DNA of 44,270 bases from Cytophagales bacterium (GTDB taxonomy: Bacteria > Bacteroidota > Bacteroidia > Cytophagales > JAAEPT01), in NCBI GenBank assembly GCA_043770215.1, contig JAYVIQ010000026.1:1-44270 (forward strand). Direction: 5' to 3'. Position numbers and translations under genes: made by a program. Shown piece by piece: positions 1 through 9,305 of the stretch; positions within the stretch are counted from its first letter, which is position 1, and each line of letters begins with the position of its first letter. The notes below the pieces were generated by a model. The model was not told where the DNA came from, made no database searches, and saw only the letters and a list, made by a program, of their open reading frames with translations.

Positions 1-93
1 TTTGCGAAAAGGATCGAAGCGGAGCTCTTTGTTGCTTTTTCAGCAACAAAAGCGAGAGCGTAGAGCCTGACCCGATAGGGTTTTGCCCAAAAT
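1..93 (-). ncRNA. Structured intergenic RNA/repeat resembling the Bacteroidota Flavo-1-type element (may be truncated by the window edge)
   Basis: GC-rich island in AT-rich DNA. Minus strand reads TTGGGC..CCCTATCGGG-TCAGGCTCTACGCT..TTTGTTGCT-GAAAA-AGCAACAAA-GAGCTCCGCTTCGATCCT. Perfect 9-bp stem 28-36/42-50 and small CCC-GATA-GGG hairpin 71-80. Family assignment is from memory of the consensus, not a search. Confidence 0.5.
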
Positions 94-142
94 CACTAAT
101 CAATTCCACTACTGGTGCTACAACGGATATTCACAAAAATTA

Positions 143-934
143 TTAACGCTTGCTTCCAAAATACCTATCAAATGCTATTTGATACTCTTTGTACTCATTT
201 AACCCATTGTGCATACCTTTTTCTAAAATAACAAGTTCGGTATGATCATTCATTCTACTTAAAAGCAAACTATGATTGTGAGGGGTGAGTTCATCTGCTG
301 TACCGCTTAAAATCAAAATATTACATTTCACCCTTACCACATCCAAATCTTGCCTAAGCGGAAAACGTATAATCCATTGTATAGGTAATATAGGAAAACT
401 TAATTCTGCCATGGCTTTCATACTCAAATAAGGGGTTTCTAAAATCAAAAAAGGAGAGCTATAATTTGCGGTAAGGTATGTAGCTAACGCAGACCCTAAA
501 GATCTCCCATATTGGTAAATAGATTCTTTTGGGTACTTTGTAAGTAAAAACTTATAACAAATTAATGCATCTGAATACAATGAATTTTCTGTAAGTCTGC
601 CTTTACTTTTTCCAAACCCTCTATAGTCATAAAATAAAACATCATACCCTCTAAGGGTAAAATCGGCATAGAAATTCCCCCAATGTTGGATATTCCTAGA
701 ATTGCCATGATGATAAAGCACTACACCTTTGGGATTTGGCACTAAAAACAAAAGTGCGTTTATATTTTTTCTTGATCCCAACCACAATTCTTCAAAAGGA
801 GAATCAAAATGAAACTCATGATCTTCTGAAAGTAAAATGGGTCTAAAAATCATCAGATGCTGATACTTGTATACCAAAACAAGCAACAAAATATAAAATA
901 AAAATACAGAAATAGGTATAATTAAATAAAGCAT
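143..934 (-). CDS. Alpha/beta hydrolase (ABHD13/Bem46-like) with N-terminal membrane anchor
   Basis: HGN oxyanion motif, YDYRGFGKS, GRSLG nucleophile elbow, GTADE Asp and GMHN His; hydrophobic N-terminus. Confidence 0.9.
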   Translation of the reverse strand: MLYLIIPISVFLFYILLLVLVYKYQHLMIFRPILLSEDHEFHFDSPFEELWLGSRKNINALLFLVPNPKGVVLYHHGNSRNIQHWGNFYADFTLRGYDVLFYDYRGFGKSKGRLTENSLYSDALICYKFLLTKYPKESIYQYGRSLGSALATYLTANYSSPFLILETPYLSMKAMAELSFPILPIQWIIRFPLRQDLDVVRVKCNILILSGTADELTPHNHSLLLSRMNDHTELVILEKGMHNGLNEYKEYQIAFDRYFGSKR

Positions 935-1242
935 GTATATTTTAATAATAATGAATTTTACAACTGTCTTAATTACTTTTTTGGTAATGCTTCTATTCTA
1001 TGGTTTCTTGCTTCGTTCAAAAAAAAAATAAACTTTCTAAAATAATAGAGCAACTCCATAGAAAATATTTGATTTATACTATTTTCAAAATTTATATTAT
1101 ACACCACAATTCATACAATTGGTTTGGTAAAGAATAGTTTTTATTTCTTAGACTCTTTATCTCCAACTATGGTGTTGCTTGGTACAGTATTCATTTCTTG
1201 ATTATGTTATCCTTCACAATAGAAAAAGATACAAACAAAAAA

Positions 1243-3015
1243 TCAATATTCTGAATGATTTCTTTTCAAATCTAAGGCTTCTGCCATGCCAGGAAGCAAA
1301 ACATGGTTGCTATCCATAATTCCGAACCATACTTGCCAAGAAATGTCCATTTCTTTAAAAAGCTCTCCCATGGTTTTGAAATAAACGTTTAAATCTTCTA
1401 TTTTGGCAGTATTAGGCAAAGCACCCCACTCATTGCAAATCAGTGGGACTTTATATTCAAATGCCCAATTTTTAACTTTTGCCAATCTATTTTTTATATG
1501 CTGTTTATTCCCCTCTTTGTAATAATTAAGCGCTTGGTCTTTTACCCATTGTGGAGTACCAGAAGTAATACCAAAATCTCTAAATTCTGTAGACCAACGC
1601 TCTGGAGAATAAGGAAATGGAATATTTTTCATAGTACCCATATTGGCCCAAGATGCTCCTTGGTGTGAAAACAAAAATGGATCATACATATGAAAACAAT
1701 AAATGACATAACTATCATTTAAGGGTTTGTTTTTGATCAACTCATCTAAGCTATACCATTTAGTATCTCCAAATATTACAGGCCTACTTTTATCTACTTT
1801 TCTTATAGAATCTATCATTCTCTGGGCTAAAATATTCCAATCTAACTGATCTATATATTCTCCGTCTGCTAAACTTAGCCCTGGTTCATTTGTCAGTTCA
1901 AAAAACAAATCTGGTCTTTTCTCTTTTACAAAATGCTGGGCTATAACCTTCCAAAGGGCTGATGTTGCACCCCTAAATTTTGGGTCTTTAGAAGCTATTC
2001 TGTTGTATGATCCATCATAAGCATGATAATCTATGGTGTATGACAACCCGTATCTTTTGGTCCAAACATTCATAGAATCTAACAAAGTCCACAACATAGG
2101 CTCTATGACTATCTTTTTGTTTGAGCCATTTAAAACATTTATTCTGTCCTCTATATACAAATCAAAGTCTATTGGAAACCGAATGCCCTGCATACCTTGA
2201 TTGGCCTGCAACTTTATTACTTCTTCATTATATTTCCAATTTTTTGGGTTGGTTTCAGTGATCTTATTTGCTTCGCCCCAACTTGCTAAATTCATTCCTT
2301 TGGTTAAATATTTTTTAGACAAATCATTTAATGGAGTATTTAAATTCCCTTTTATTAGTACAGGAGTTGGTATTTCGGAAGCTCTAATAAGCATGTTGTT
2401 TTCCTTTTGGTATTTAATTTCTTTTACAAATTTTATGTCATCAATCATAAAACTACCAGAACTTACTTCTAAATTCCAGACCAATTTGAAAGAATTATCT
2501 AAATTTAGAGCTACTTTTTTTCCCCAACCCCCTTGGTTTAGGGTAGAAAAATCTACTGTTACTAAAGTCCAATCAGAGCTTTCTGGAATTCTTATTTGAT
2601 GATTGTCATAATCTGTTACTTGTGGAATGTCTACCCTAACAGTATGTGCAACCCCTTTGTGCCAATAGGAAATTCCAGCAAAATTTGCTGGATTTATGTT
2701 TGGTTTTTTTTCTATGTTTGTAGCAAATGCAAAATAAGGGCTCCATTGATAATTGGCTTTTTCTAAGCGTACGTCTGCACTTATCATACCCAAAGACTGG
2801 TGCCCACCTGTAGTAACAAAACACTTTTGCCAAGTATCTTGAGCCAATCTTGTCTTGCCTCCATTTGCATTGTCATCAAATGTATACCAATAGGACCCGA
2901 GTGTATTGTTGGTATTTCCATCTTCAAAATCTTCTATAAGCACATTTTCTTGAGCATTTAGGGCATACAAATAAAAACAGAAAAAAGAGGTTATTATAAT
3001 TTGAATTTTTTTCAT
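1243..3015 (-). CDS. GH5 glycoside hydrolase (endoglucanase-like) with N-terminal CBM11/CIA30-like module and signal peptide
   Basis: Signal peptide ending LNA-Q. IEDFEDG...GISYWHKG...WTLVTVDF module. GMNL, IRFPI, IDYH, ELTNEP (acid/base Glu), FHMYDP and NEWG (nucleophile Glu). Confidence 0.88.
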   Translation of the reverse strand: MKKIQIIITSFFCFYLYALNAQENVLIEDFEDGNTNNTLGSYWYTFDDNANGGKTRLAQDTWQKCFVTTGGHQSLGMISADVRLEKANYQWSPYFAFATNIEKKPNINPANFAGISYWHKGVAHTVRVDIPQVTDYDNHQIRIPESSDWTLVTVDFSTLNQGGWGKKVALNLDNSFKLVWNLEVSSGSFMIDDIKFVKEIKYQKENNMLIRASEIPTPVLIKGNLNTPLNDLSKKYLTKGMNLASWGEANKITETNPKNWKYNEEVIKLQANQGMQGIRFPIDFDLYIEDRINVLNGSNKKIVIEPMLWTLLDSMNVWTKRYGLSYTIDYHAYDGSYNRIASKDPKFRGATSALWKVIAQHFVKEKRPDLFFELTNEPGLSLADGEYIDQLDWNILAQRMIDSIRKVDKSRPVIFGDTKWYSLDELIKNKPLNDSYVIYCFHMYDPFLFSHQGASWANMGTMKNIPFPYSPERWSTEFRDFGITSGTPQWVKDQALNYYKEGNKQHIKNRLAKVKNWAFEYKVPLICNEWGALPNTAKIEDLNVYFKTMGELFKEMDISWQVWFGIMDSNHVLLPGMAEALDLKRNHSEY

Positions 3016-3022
3016 GTGGCAA

Positions 3023-3895
3023 TTATTTTAAAATAATATTTGCAATAAACAAAGCACTCATAGATAAAGAACTTACAGCATTCATACGCATGGTATGCTT
3101 AAAATCTGCATTTTCTGGGTTTCTAAAAACTTTTATACTCCACCAACTAAGAAACAAACCTATGGGTAAGGTAAAAATAAAATAATTGATGATTTGGTAA
3201 TTTTGTTGTTCTACATATTTATTAATTACAAATACAAGAGTTGCCAAAGAAAACCCTATGCCAGAAAATAACAAAGTACCTCGTATACCAAGGAGAAGAC
3301 TAAGAGTTTTATCTCCTCGTATTTTGTCTGATTTGTGCTGGTATATTTGAGTAAGAGGATAAGAACCCAATAAAAACATAGAAGCTACACTAGCGTTTAT
3401 GTATGTTTGAACTGGCAAAGCAAAGACATTAACATCAAAAAAGGCAAAAATACTTAGATAAACCCAAAAACCTTGGAAAAAACTAACTACTAATGTACTT
3501 ATAAGAGGGTATTTTTTTAATCTTATTTTGTCCCAGCTATAGGCTTTAGAAACTAAAATATAAATAAGCATCATACATGCAAAAACGGTATTGTAATAAG
3601 CGCTTATAGTTACCGCAAGCACATCAAATAAAGTCACTAAATAAATCAATTCTCTGTTTACTTTTGGCGGTGAGACCAATCCTCCAACTGGGGTTTCGTC
3701 TTTGTCACAATAAGAATTATACCCATTGCTGGCAGGATAAACCAATATATGAATGATTGTAAAAAGCACCACAATTTCTAAAAAATGGTTTGTACCCACA
3801 AAATGTGCATCTGATAATGTAAACCAAAATACTGGCATCAAAAAAATAGAAAAAGGAATTCGCATTAAAAGCCAGGCATCTATCCAATTTCTCAT
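3023..3895 (-). CDS. UbiA-family prenyltransferase (multi-pass membrane); start moved to ATG 3895 (MRNWIDAW)
   Basis: LMRIPFS, YPASNGYNSYCDKD and TQIYQHKSDKIRGDKT motifs correspond to the two UbiA Asp-rich regions; many TM segments. The upstream extension to 3994 looks non-coding. Confidence 0.82.
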   Translation of the reverse strand: MRNWIDAWLLMRIPFSIFLMPVFWFTLSDAHFVGTNHFLEIVVLFTIIHILVYPASNGYNSYCDKDETPVGGLVSPPKVNRELIYLVTLFDVLAVTISAYYNTVFACMMLIYILVSKAYSWDKIRLKKYPLISTLVVSFFQGFWVYLSIFAFFDVNVFALPVQTYINASVASMFLLGSYPLTQIYQHKSDKIRGDKTLSLLLGIRGTLLFSGIGFSLATLVFVINKYVEQQNYQIINYFIFTLPIGLFLSWWSIKVFRNPENADFKHTMRMNAVSSLSMSALFIANIILK

Positions 3896-4377
3896 AATTG
3901 TTTTTTTACTAAAGTAACGCTTTTCTATCAATAATTGAAGCGTAAAAAAAGGAAATAAGTGGGGTTTAGGTATGAAATGGTTTCTAGGTATCATTTACAA
4001 TTACAAAAAATAGTTTAGTAAAAACACAAAAACCATTGCTTGATTTTTATGACTTTTAGATTAAATAGAATCAATAAAAAAATAAAGGACTATTGATAGT
4101 GTCATAAAAATTTATAAAATAAAATTTTGTGTGTTGATGGTTAAGTTAAAAGAAATAGGTAGACTCCAAGTTATAAAAACGCAACTTGTTTTTTTAATCA
4201 CCAGATATTTTAAAAGCACTTAATACACTAATTTCAAAATATTAATAGATTTTTAGTCTCTTAGTTGATGCTCTTAGGTCATAAATTTGCACCTTAAGAT
4301 ACTCATTTTAAATGGAATCTAATTTATTGCTAATCACAATTTAAGTGTAGAGTTGATTTTTTTAAGACAAATAGCAC

Positions 4378-4385
4378 TACCTTTG
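4378..4385 (+). promoter_or_regulatory. Bacteroidota sigma-A -7 element TACCTTTG, 4 nt before the helicase ATG
   Basis: Matches TAnnTTTG; TTG at 4353-4355 is a possible -33. A second TAAATTTG lies at 4282-4289. Confidence 0.5.
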
Positions 4386-4389
4386 TTGT

Positions 4390-5700
4390 ATGTCAGACCC
4401 ACAATATAGTCAAGAATTAATTTTGCAAAAGCTTGGTATCACTTCGCTAAATGCCATGCAAGTAGATGCCAATAAAGCCATACAAAAATACGATAATGTA
4501 GTCATTTTATCTCCTACAGGTACGGGCAAAACATTGGCTTTTTTATTGCCTATTTTACAAAAATTAGATAAAGAGTTGCACCAAGTTCAGGTCCTAATAT
4601 TGGTACCATCTAGAGAACTAGCTATACAAATAGAACAAGTAACCAGAGACATGGGTACAGGTTTCAAAACCAATTGCGTGTACGGCGGCAGACCCATAAG
4701 CAAAGACAAATTAGAATTAAAACATCCGCCAACTATACTTATTGGAACACCAGGCCGTATAGCAGATCATTTAAGAAGAGAAACTTTTAGCAATCAATTT
4801 TTAACTACCCTAGTTCTAGATGAGTTTGATAAATGTTTAGAAATTGGTTTTGAAGAAGAGATGAGCGAAATACTTCATTTTTTACCAAACGTAACCAATA
4901 AAGTACTCACCTCTGCTACGCAAGAATTAGATTTGCCAGACTTTGTAGAGATGAAAGATGCTTTTGAAATCTATTACTTAGACCAAAAAAGCACTACCCT
5001 TGGAATTAAACTTGTTCTTTCAGAAGACAAAGATAAGCTCCCAACTTTAGTAAAATTGCTTTGCAATATTGGTAATGAACCTACTATAGTTTTTTGTAAT
5101 TTTAAGGAAAGCATAGACAGAGTGTGCGAGTATTTAGATGAGCATGGAATTGCAAATGGTTGTTTCTACGGTGGTATGGAGCAAAAAGATAGAGAAAGAT
5201 CTTTAATAAAATTTAGAAATGGAACATATCAAATTCTAATTGCTACAGATTTAGCAGCCAGAGGATTAGATGTGCCAGAAATAAAACACATTATACATTA
5301 CCATCTGCCGCATAAAAGCGAGGAATTTACCCACAGAAATGGTAGAACTGCTCGTATGCACACTGAAGGAACAGCTTATGTTATCAAATGGGAAAAAGAA
5401 CATTTGCCAGATTTTATAGAATCTAGAGAAGAATTTTTTCTTGAAAACATTGCTACTCCAGGACCAACATTATGGTGTACTGTATTTGTTTCAGGCGGCA
5501 GAAAAGATAAAATTTCTAAAGGAGATATAGCAGGATTGTTTTTTAAACAAGGGCAATTAAGCAAAGAACACCTAGGACACATAGAAATGAAACAAGATTG
5601 CGCTTTTGTAGCCGTACAAACTGAAAAAGTGAACCAACTGATACAGTTGGTAGATAACTCAAAACTTAAAAATAAAAAAGTAAGGGTAAACATTATTTAA
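4390..5700 (+). CDS. dbpA: DEAD/DEAH-box RNA helicase with C-terminal DbpA-type RNA-binding domain
   Basis: Q motif, SPTGTGKT, PSRELA, GTPGR, DEFD, SAT, ARGLD, HRNGRTAR; C-terminal GGRKDKISKGDIAG. Confidence 0.9.
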   Translation: MSDPQYSQELILQKLGITSLNAMQVDANKAIQKYDNVVILSPTGTGKTLAFLLPILQKLDKELHQVQVLILVPSRELAIQIEQVTRDMGTGFKTNCVYGGRPISKDKLELKHPPTILIGTPGRIADHLRRETFSNQFLTTLVLDEFDKCLEIGFEEEMSEILHFLPNVTNKVLTSATQELDLPDFVEMKDAFEIYYLDQKSTTLGIKLVLSEDKDKLPTLVKLLCNIGNEPTIVFCNFKESIDRVCEYLDEHGIANGCFYGGMEQKDRERSLIKFRNGTYQILIATDLAARGLDVPEIKHIIHYHLPHKSEEFTHRNGRTARMHTEGTAYVIKWEKEHLPDFIESREEFFLENIATPGPTLWCTVFVSGGRKDKISKGDIAGLFFKQGQLSKEHLGHIEMKQDCAFVAVQTEKVNQLIQLVDNSKLKNKKVRVNII

Positions 5701-5731
5701 ACTAACCGCAGACTAAGGTAAATTTCATAAG

Positions 5732-5771
5732 AAAAAAAAACAGCGAATTTGAACCCAATTCGCTGAATTTT
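5732..5771. terminator. Intrinsic terminator between the convergent helicase and LytTR genes
   Basis: CAGCGAATT(5741-5749)-TGAACCC-AATTCGCTG(5757-5765); the A9 tract at 5732-5740 gives a U-tail on the minus strand. Confidence 0.75.
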
Positions 5772-5806
5772 GCTGGTTAAAGAAAAAATACACACTAAAA
5801 ATAATA

Positions 5807-6430
5807 CTAATAAGCTACTTGATAACTTGTGGCAAGTTCAGATTCTTGCTCTTGTAAAAGGGTGGTTTTTTTTGAATATGTTATAAGATCTTTGTATGCT
5901 ACTCTAGACATAGAGATTTTAGTTTCTATTGAATCTAGTTTCAAAAATAATTTACCAGAATTGAAATGAATAGAATCTAAATAAGCTAGGTTGATGAAAT
6001 TAGATTTATTACATGCAAAAAAGTTTTTAAGCACAAAACAATCTAAATCGTTTACAACATTAATCAAACTATTTCTAATTATTTTCAATCTTACTTCTCC
6101 AGATTTTTGTTTAGTATATGCTTTTACATAACTGCCCATAGATTGTAAGTAAATTAAATCTTGTAAATGTACTTCTAAAACCTCATCTTGATTTTCATTT
6201 TTAAATACAAGCTCCAATGCTTGATTTTTATTGTATTCATTCAACTCCAGATTGAGTTTAGATTTTATGTTTGTAACAATTTTATTGTGATTTGCTGAAG
6301 AAAGATCTTTTTTAAAAATTAAATAAGACATTTTATTGTATAGACCAATAGCTTTTTTTAACAAAAGAAAAACATTTTGCTTGATAGCAACATCAGAAAC
6401 AAAATAAGTGATTCGCATGAGACTTTCCAT
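5807..6430 (-). CDS. LytTR DNA-binding domain protein without an intact receiver domain (degenerate)
   Basis: VHLQDLIYLQSMGSYVKAYT...IIRNSL...FFACNKSNFINL...ISMSR follows the LytTR pattern (I.YIE..GNY...F.RCHRS.IVN...VSR). Confidence 0.72.
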   Translation of the reverse strand: MESLMRITYFVSDVAIKQNVFLLLKKAIGLYNKMSYLIFKKDLSSANHNKIVTNIKSKLNLELNEYNKNQALELVFKNENQDEVLEVHLQDLIYLQSMGSYVKAYTKQKSGEVRLKIIRNSLINVVNDLDCFVLKNFFACNKSNFINLAYLDSIHFNSGKLFLKLDSIETKISMSRVAYKDLITYSKKTTLLQEQESELATSYQVAY

Positions 6431-6506
6431 AAACTATTTGTTTTTTACAATAGCAATTTAGGACAATGATATTTCAAAAAAAACAGCGTAAAACTCCAAT
6501 AATAAA

Positions 6507-6540
6507 AAAAAATTATAGGTATAAATACCTATAATTTTTT
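6507..6540. promoter_or_regulatory. Perfect 16-2-16 inverted repeat with core TAGGTAT-AA-ATACCTA; candidate operator (alternatively a terminator)
   Basis: AAAAAATTATAGGTAT-AA-ATACCTATAATTTTTT, about 75 nt upstream of the LytTR start; a related copy lies at 9326-9357. Confidence 0.55.
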
Positions 6541-6621
6541 AAAAAATTCAAAATTGATTCGTAATTAAAGTGCTGTTAAAATTCTTTAATCCTAATTTTT
6601 TATTCCTTTGGCTCAGAACCT

Positions 6622-6855
6622 CTAGCTTTCATTATAAAAACCCATCCATTGAACATTATTTAATAAATTTACTTTTATGATTTCTGCTTTATCTTGATCA
6701 TAAACCATTTCAACATAAAATCCATAGATACAATACATAGAATATATATTAAGGTCAGTTAGCTTAGTTGCCAAAAGTTTACCATCTTTTTTAATTAAAT
6801 TTAATTTAGATTTTAAATTAAACTGACTAAAATCTACTCTTGTAAGTGTAATCAT
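6622..6855 (-). CDS. Small hypothetical protein (77 aa) of a Bacteroidota-type family
   Basis: ATG 8 nt after the synthase stop. F..FNL..K..LI...G..L...YSMY.I.GFYVEMVYD pattern recalled from other Bacteroidota small proteins. Confidence 0.75.
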   Translation of the reverse strand: MITLTRVDFSQFNLKSKLNLIKKDGKLLATKLTDLNIYSMYCIYGFYVEMVYDQDKAEIIKVNLLNNVQWMGFYNES

Positions 6856-6863
6856 AGGCGCTT

Positions 6864-9281
6864 TTATTTTATGTAATTACTCATTGATTGTATTACAGAC
6901 ATATTATAATGATCTTCCATCTGAACATACGTATACGTAGCTTGTACTGTTGCACCAAACTTTTGTTTTTCAAAAGAAGCTGTAAACCCAAGAAACGCTT
7001 GTTCTGTTTGTAACTCTTCGGCTCTTTGTAGTGCAGTGTGCAGGGTCTGCTGGTAGGGTTTAAATTCTGAATATGAGTAATCTAAACCAATCATCATTAA
7101 ACTATAATTATTGCCGCTTAAATAATTAAAGATAACAGATACAGGCTCGCTAATTACTCCATTGTTAAATTCTGGTTTTATTCTTAATTCAATAATCTCC
7201 CAGTTTGGAGAAATTGCTATTTCTTTAAACAATTTCAATGGCAACTTAAATGTATTTAACTCAGATTTATTGTTCTTTACATTTAAATACAACTGATACC
7301 ATAACTGAATTTGTTTTTCTGTTGCACTTTCAACCAAACTAGACTGAAATTTATGTTGATGATTAAATACCGTTTTTTTAAGACTTGACCTCTTGTTTTT
7401 AGAAACTCTACTTAGCAGGGCATCTCCCGAAACTGGATTTTTAATGGTATTGTTATCCAATAACTCTGTTTTGAAATATCCATTCTTTGTTACTAATTTA
7501 TCAAATTGAATGTTATTTTCAAAAAAATCTCTCAACAATATAGATGTTGCAGATTCTCTTTTTTGGATTTCTGTAAGTTTAGCCAAAAATAATTCTATTG
7601 CTTCTTCAAAGAATTCAGAATCATAATCTATGTACAAATGTTCTCCCATAGTTAAAAAAGAACCTACGGAAAGTACTTTAGAAGTAAGGTAGTAAGGATC
7701 TGTTTTTCTTTTTATTTCTATTTGTTCAGAGATATTTGCATCAGACAACATATCATCTTTAGATAAAGCAGTAGTGGTAAACGTTTTTAAAACGGGGTTT
7801 CCTGTTCTTGTATCTCTAATGGTTAAAAAATCAAATACCCAGTTGTTTTCTACCTCTTGGTTGTTTTTAAATGTGTTTTCTAATAGCTTTATTCCATCCC
7901 AATCAAAACTTCCCTTTCCTTTAAAAATTGTGTCCCATTCTTCTTTACTTACCTTGTTTATAGCGTCTTGGTGTTCTAAAACTAGGTTTGATTTTTTTAC
8001 TAAATTATCTACAGTTTGGTGATGTATTTCTTCATATGATTTAAACCCAAAAGCTGTTTTCACCTCTGATAATGTATATCCCTCTTCGTTTAGTGCTAGA
8101 GGATAATGATGAGCCATGATTTCGGTAAATTGTTCTATTTGCTCAAAGGTATGTAATCTTGTTATTGTAAATCTTACCCCTGTATTTTTCATAGGTACTG
8201 CCGGAAAAATACCAATGTTTGTATATGCGCCTTCGTCCAAAACTCTTTTTACAAGATTGTACCCTACTTTTGGCAATCCTACACCAACAAAAAAGATTGG
8301 GGTATCATTGTTTGCCACTAAAGGAAGCCCACACTTTGTAAACAAAAGATTGGTATATTTTATATTCTCTTGCAAATCCATTTGCATCTCTGAAATTTCA
8401 TGTGATAAGTGAATATCTGCACTAGCAATTGCTGCACCTAAGGCTGCTGGCTGCATAGGCCCTGAAGTAATTAGCGGACCGCCACAATTTCTTACTTTTT
8501 GTGCCATTTCTTTTGTAGGAAAAACAAGCACGGCCCCCCCAGTAGCAAAAGCTTTAGCTAATGATGTAGCTACAATCATTTTATGATGTATCTGTCTATT
8601 GTCTAAAACATACCCTTGTCCACTTGTTCCATAACAGCTCATTCCGTGCGCATCATCTACATAAAAATGAAACTCTGGGTATTTATTCAATAATGTATAA
8701 ATCTCGTCTAGAGGCGCTTTATCTCCAAACATAGAGTATATGCCATCTGCCATATACCAAATTTGTTTGTGTTTTGTACGCAAAAACTTAATTCTATCTT
8801 CTAACATGTCCATTCTATTATGACGGACCATTTCTACATGAACGCCTTTTGGTTTTAATAACTGTACAGCATTTTGTACAGATGCATGTACTTGATGATC
8901 TAAAATTACTGCATCATCGCTCCCAACTAATGTAGGAATTGTAGCAATATGCCCTAAAGTAGTGGTAGGTGAAATTACACAATGGGCATTAAAAATTTTA
9001 TCAAACCTTAATTCTAAATCTGCGTATAAGCCACAGGACACATAGGAGCGAGAGGCTGAAAATTGCGTCCCATAATTTTGCATAGCTTGTATGCCTCCAT
9101 TAATTAATCTTTGGTCAAACTCTAAGCCTAAATAGCTACAAGATCCAAAGTTTACTGCATCCATACCATTTAAAGTTATGCTGTTTGAGGTGTACTTTTT
9201 ATTTTGCGTATACAAATGAGAAATACCTCTTGATGCTGCACTAGTTGCTACTTCATTGATGGAATTGATTATGTTTTTCAT
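6864..9281 (-). CDS. Bifunctional PLP-dependent alpha-oxoamine synthase (BioF/SPT/CqsA fold) with C-terminal GNAT/FemAB-like domain; start probably ATG 9281 (track uses TTG 9299)
   Basis: NFGSCSYLGL, LDHQVHAS, RHN, DGIYSMFGD, VDDAHG, SLAKAF (PLP Lys), PAVP...RF in the first ~415 aa. C-terminal ~390 aa has WYQLYLNV, GLDY and LGFTASFEKQKFGA, typical of Acetyltransf_6/FemAB-like GNATs. Confidence 0.85.
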   Translation of the reverse strand: MKNIINSINEVATSAASRGISHLYTQNKKYTSNSITLNGMDAVNFGSCSYLGLEFDQRLINGGIQAMQNYGTQFSASRSYVSCGLYADLELRFDKIFNAHCVISPTTTLGHIATIPTLVGSDDAVILDHQVHASVQNAVQLLKPKGVHVEMVRHNRMDMLEDRIKFLRTKHKQIWYMADGIYSMFGDKAPLDEIYTLLNKYPEFHFYVDDAHGMSCYGTSGQGYVLDNRQIHHKMIVATSLAKAFATGGAVLVFPTKEMAQKVRNCGGPLITSGPMQPAALGAAIASADIHLSHEISEMQMDLQENIKYTNLLFTKCGLPLVANNDTPIFFVGVGLPKVGYNLVKRVLDEGAYTNIGIFPAVPMKNTGVRFTITRLHTFEQIEQFTEIMAHHYPLALNEEGYTLSEVKTAFGFKSYEEIHHQTVDNLVKKSNLVLEHQDAINKVSKEEWDTIFKGKGSFDWDGIKLLENTFKNNQEVENNWVFDFLTIRDTRTGNPVLKTFTTTALSKDDMLSDANISEQIEIKRKTDPYYLTSKVLSVGSFLTMGEHLYIDYDSEFFEEAIELFLAKLTEIQKRESATSILLRDFFENNIQFDKLVTKNGYFKTELLDNNTIKNPVSGDALLSRVSKNKRSSLKKTVFNHQHKFQSSLVESATEKQIQLWYQLYLNVKNNKSELNTFKLPLKLFKEIAISPNWEIIELRIKPEFNNGVISEPVSVIFNYLSGNNYSLMMIGLDYSYSEFKPYQQTLHTALQRAEELQTEQAFLGFTASFEKQKFGATVQATYTYVQMEDHYNMSVIQSMSNYIK

Positions 9282-9305
9282 AAGCGTTTTTGTTATCAAG
9301 TTCTA

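Noticed and set aside
935-1242. Short minus-strand ORF fragments (MNTVPSNTIVGDKESKK; LNEARNHRIEALPKK) as a possible gene remnant
   Set aside because: Too short and without a recognisable family signature; compatible with chance in AT-rich DNA.
6864-9281. Annotation as ordinary bioF or serine palmitoyltransferase
   Set aside because: About twice the normal length with an extra GNAT-like region, altered substrate-side motifs, and no biotin or sphingolipid gene context.
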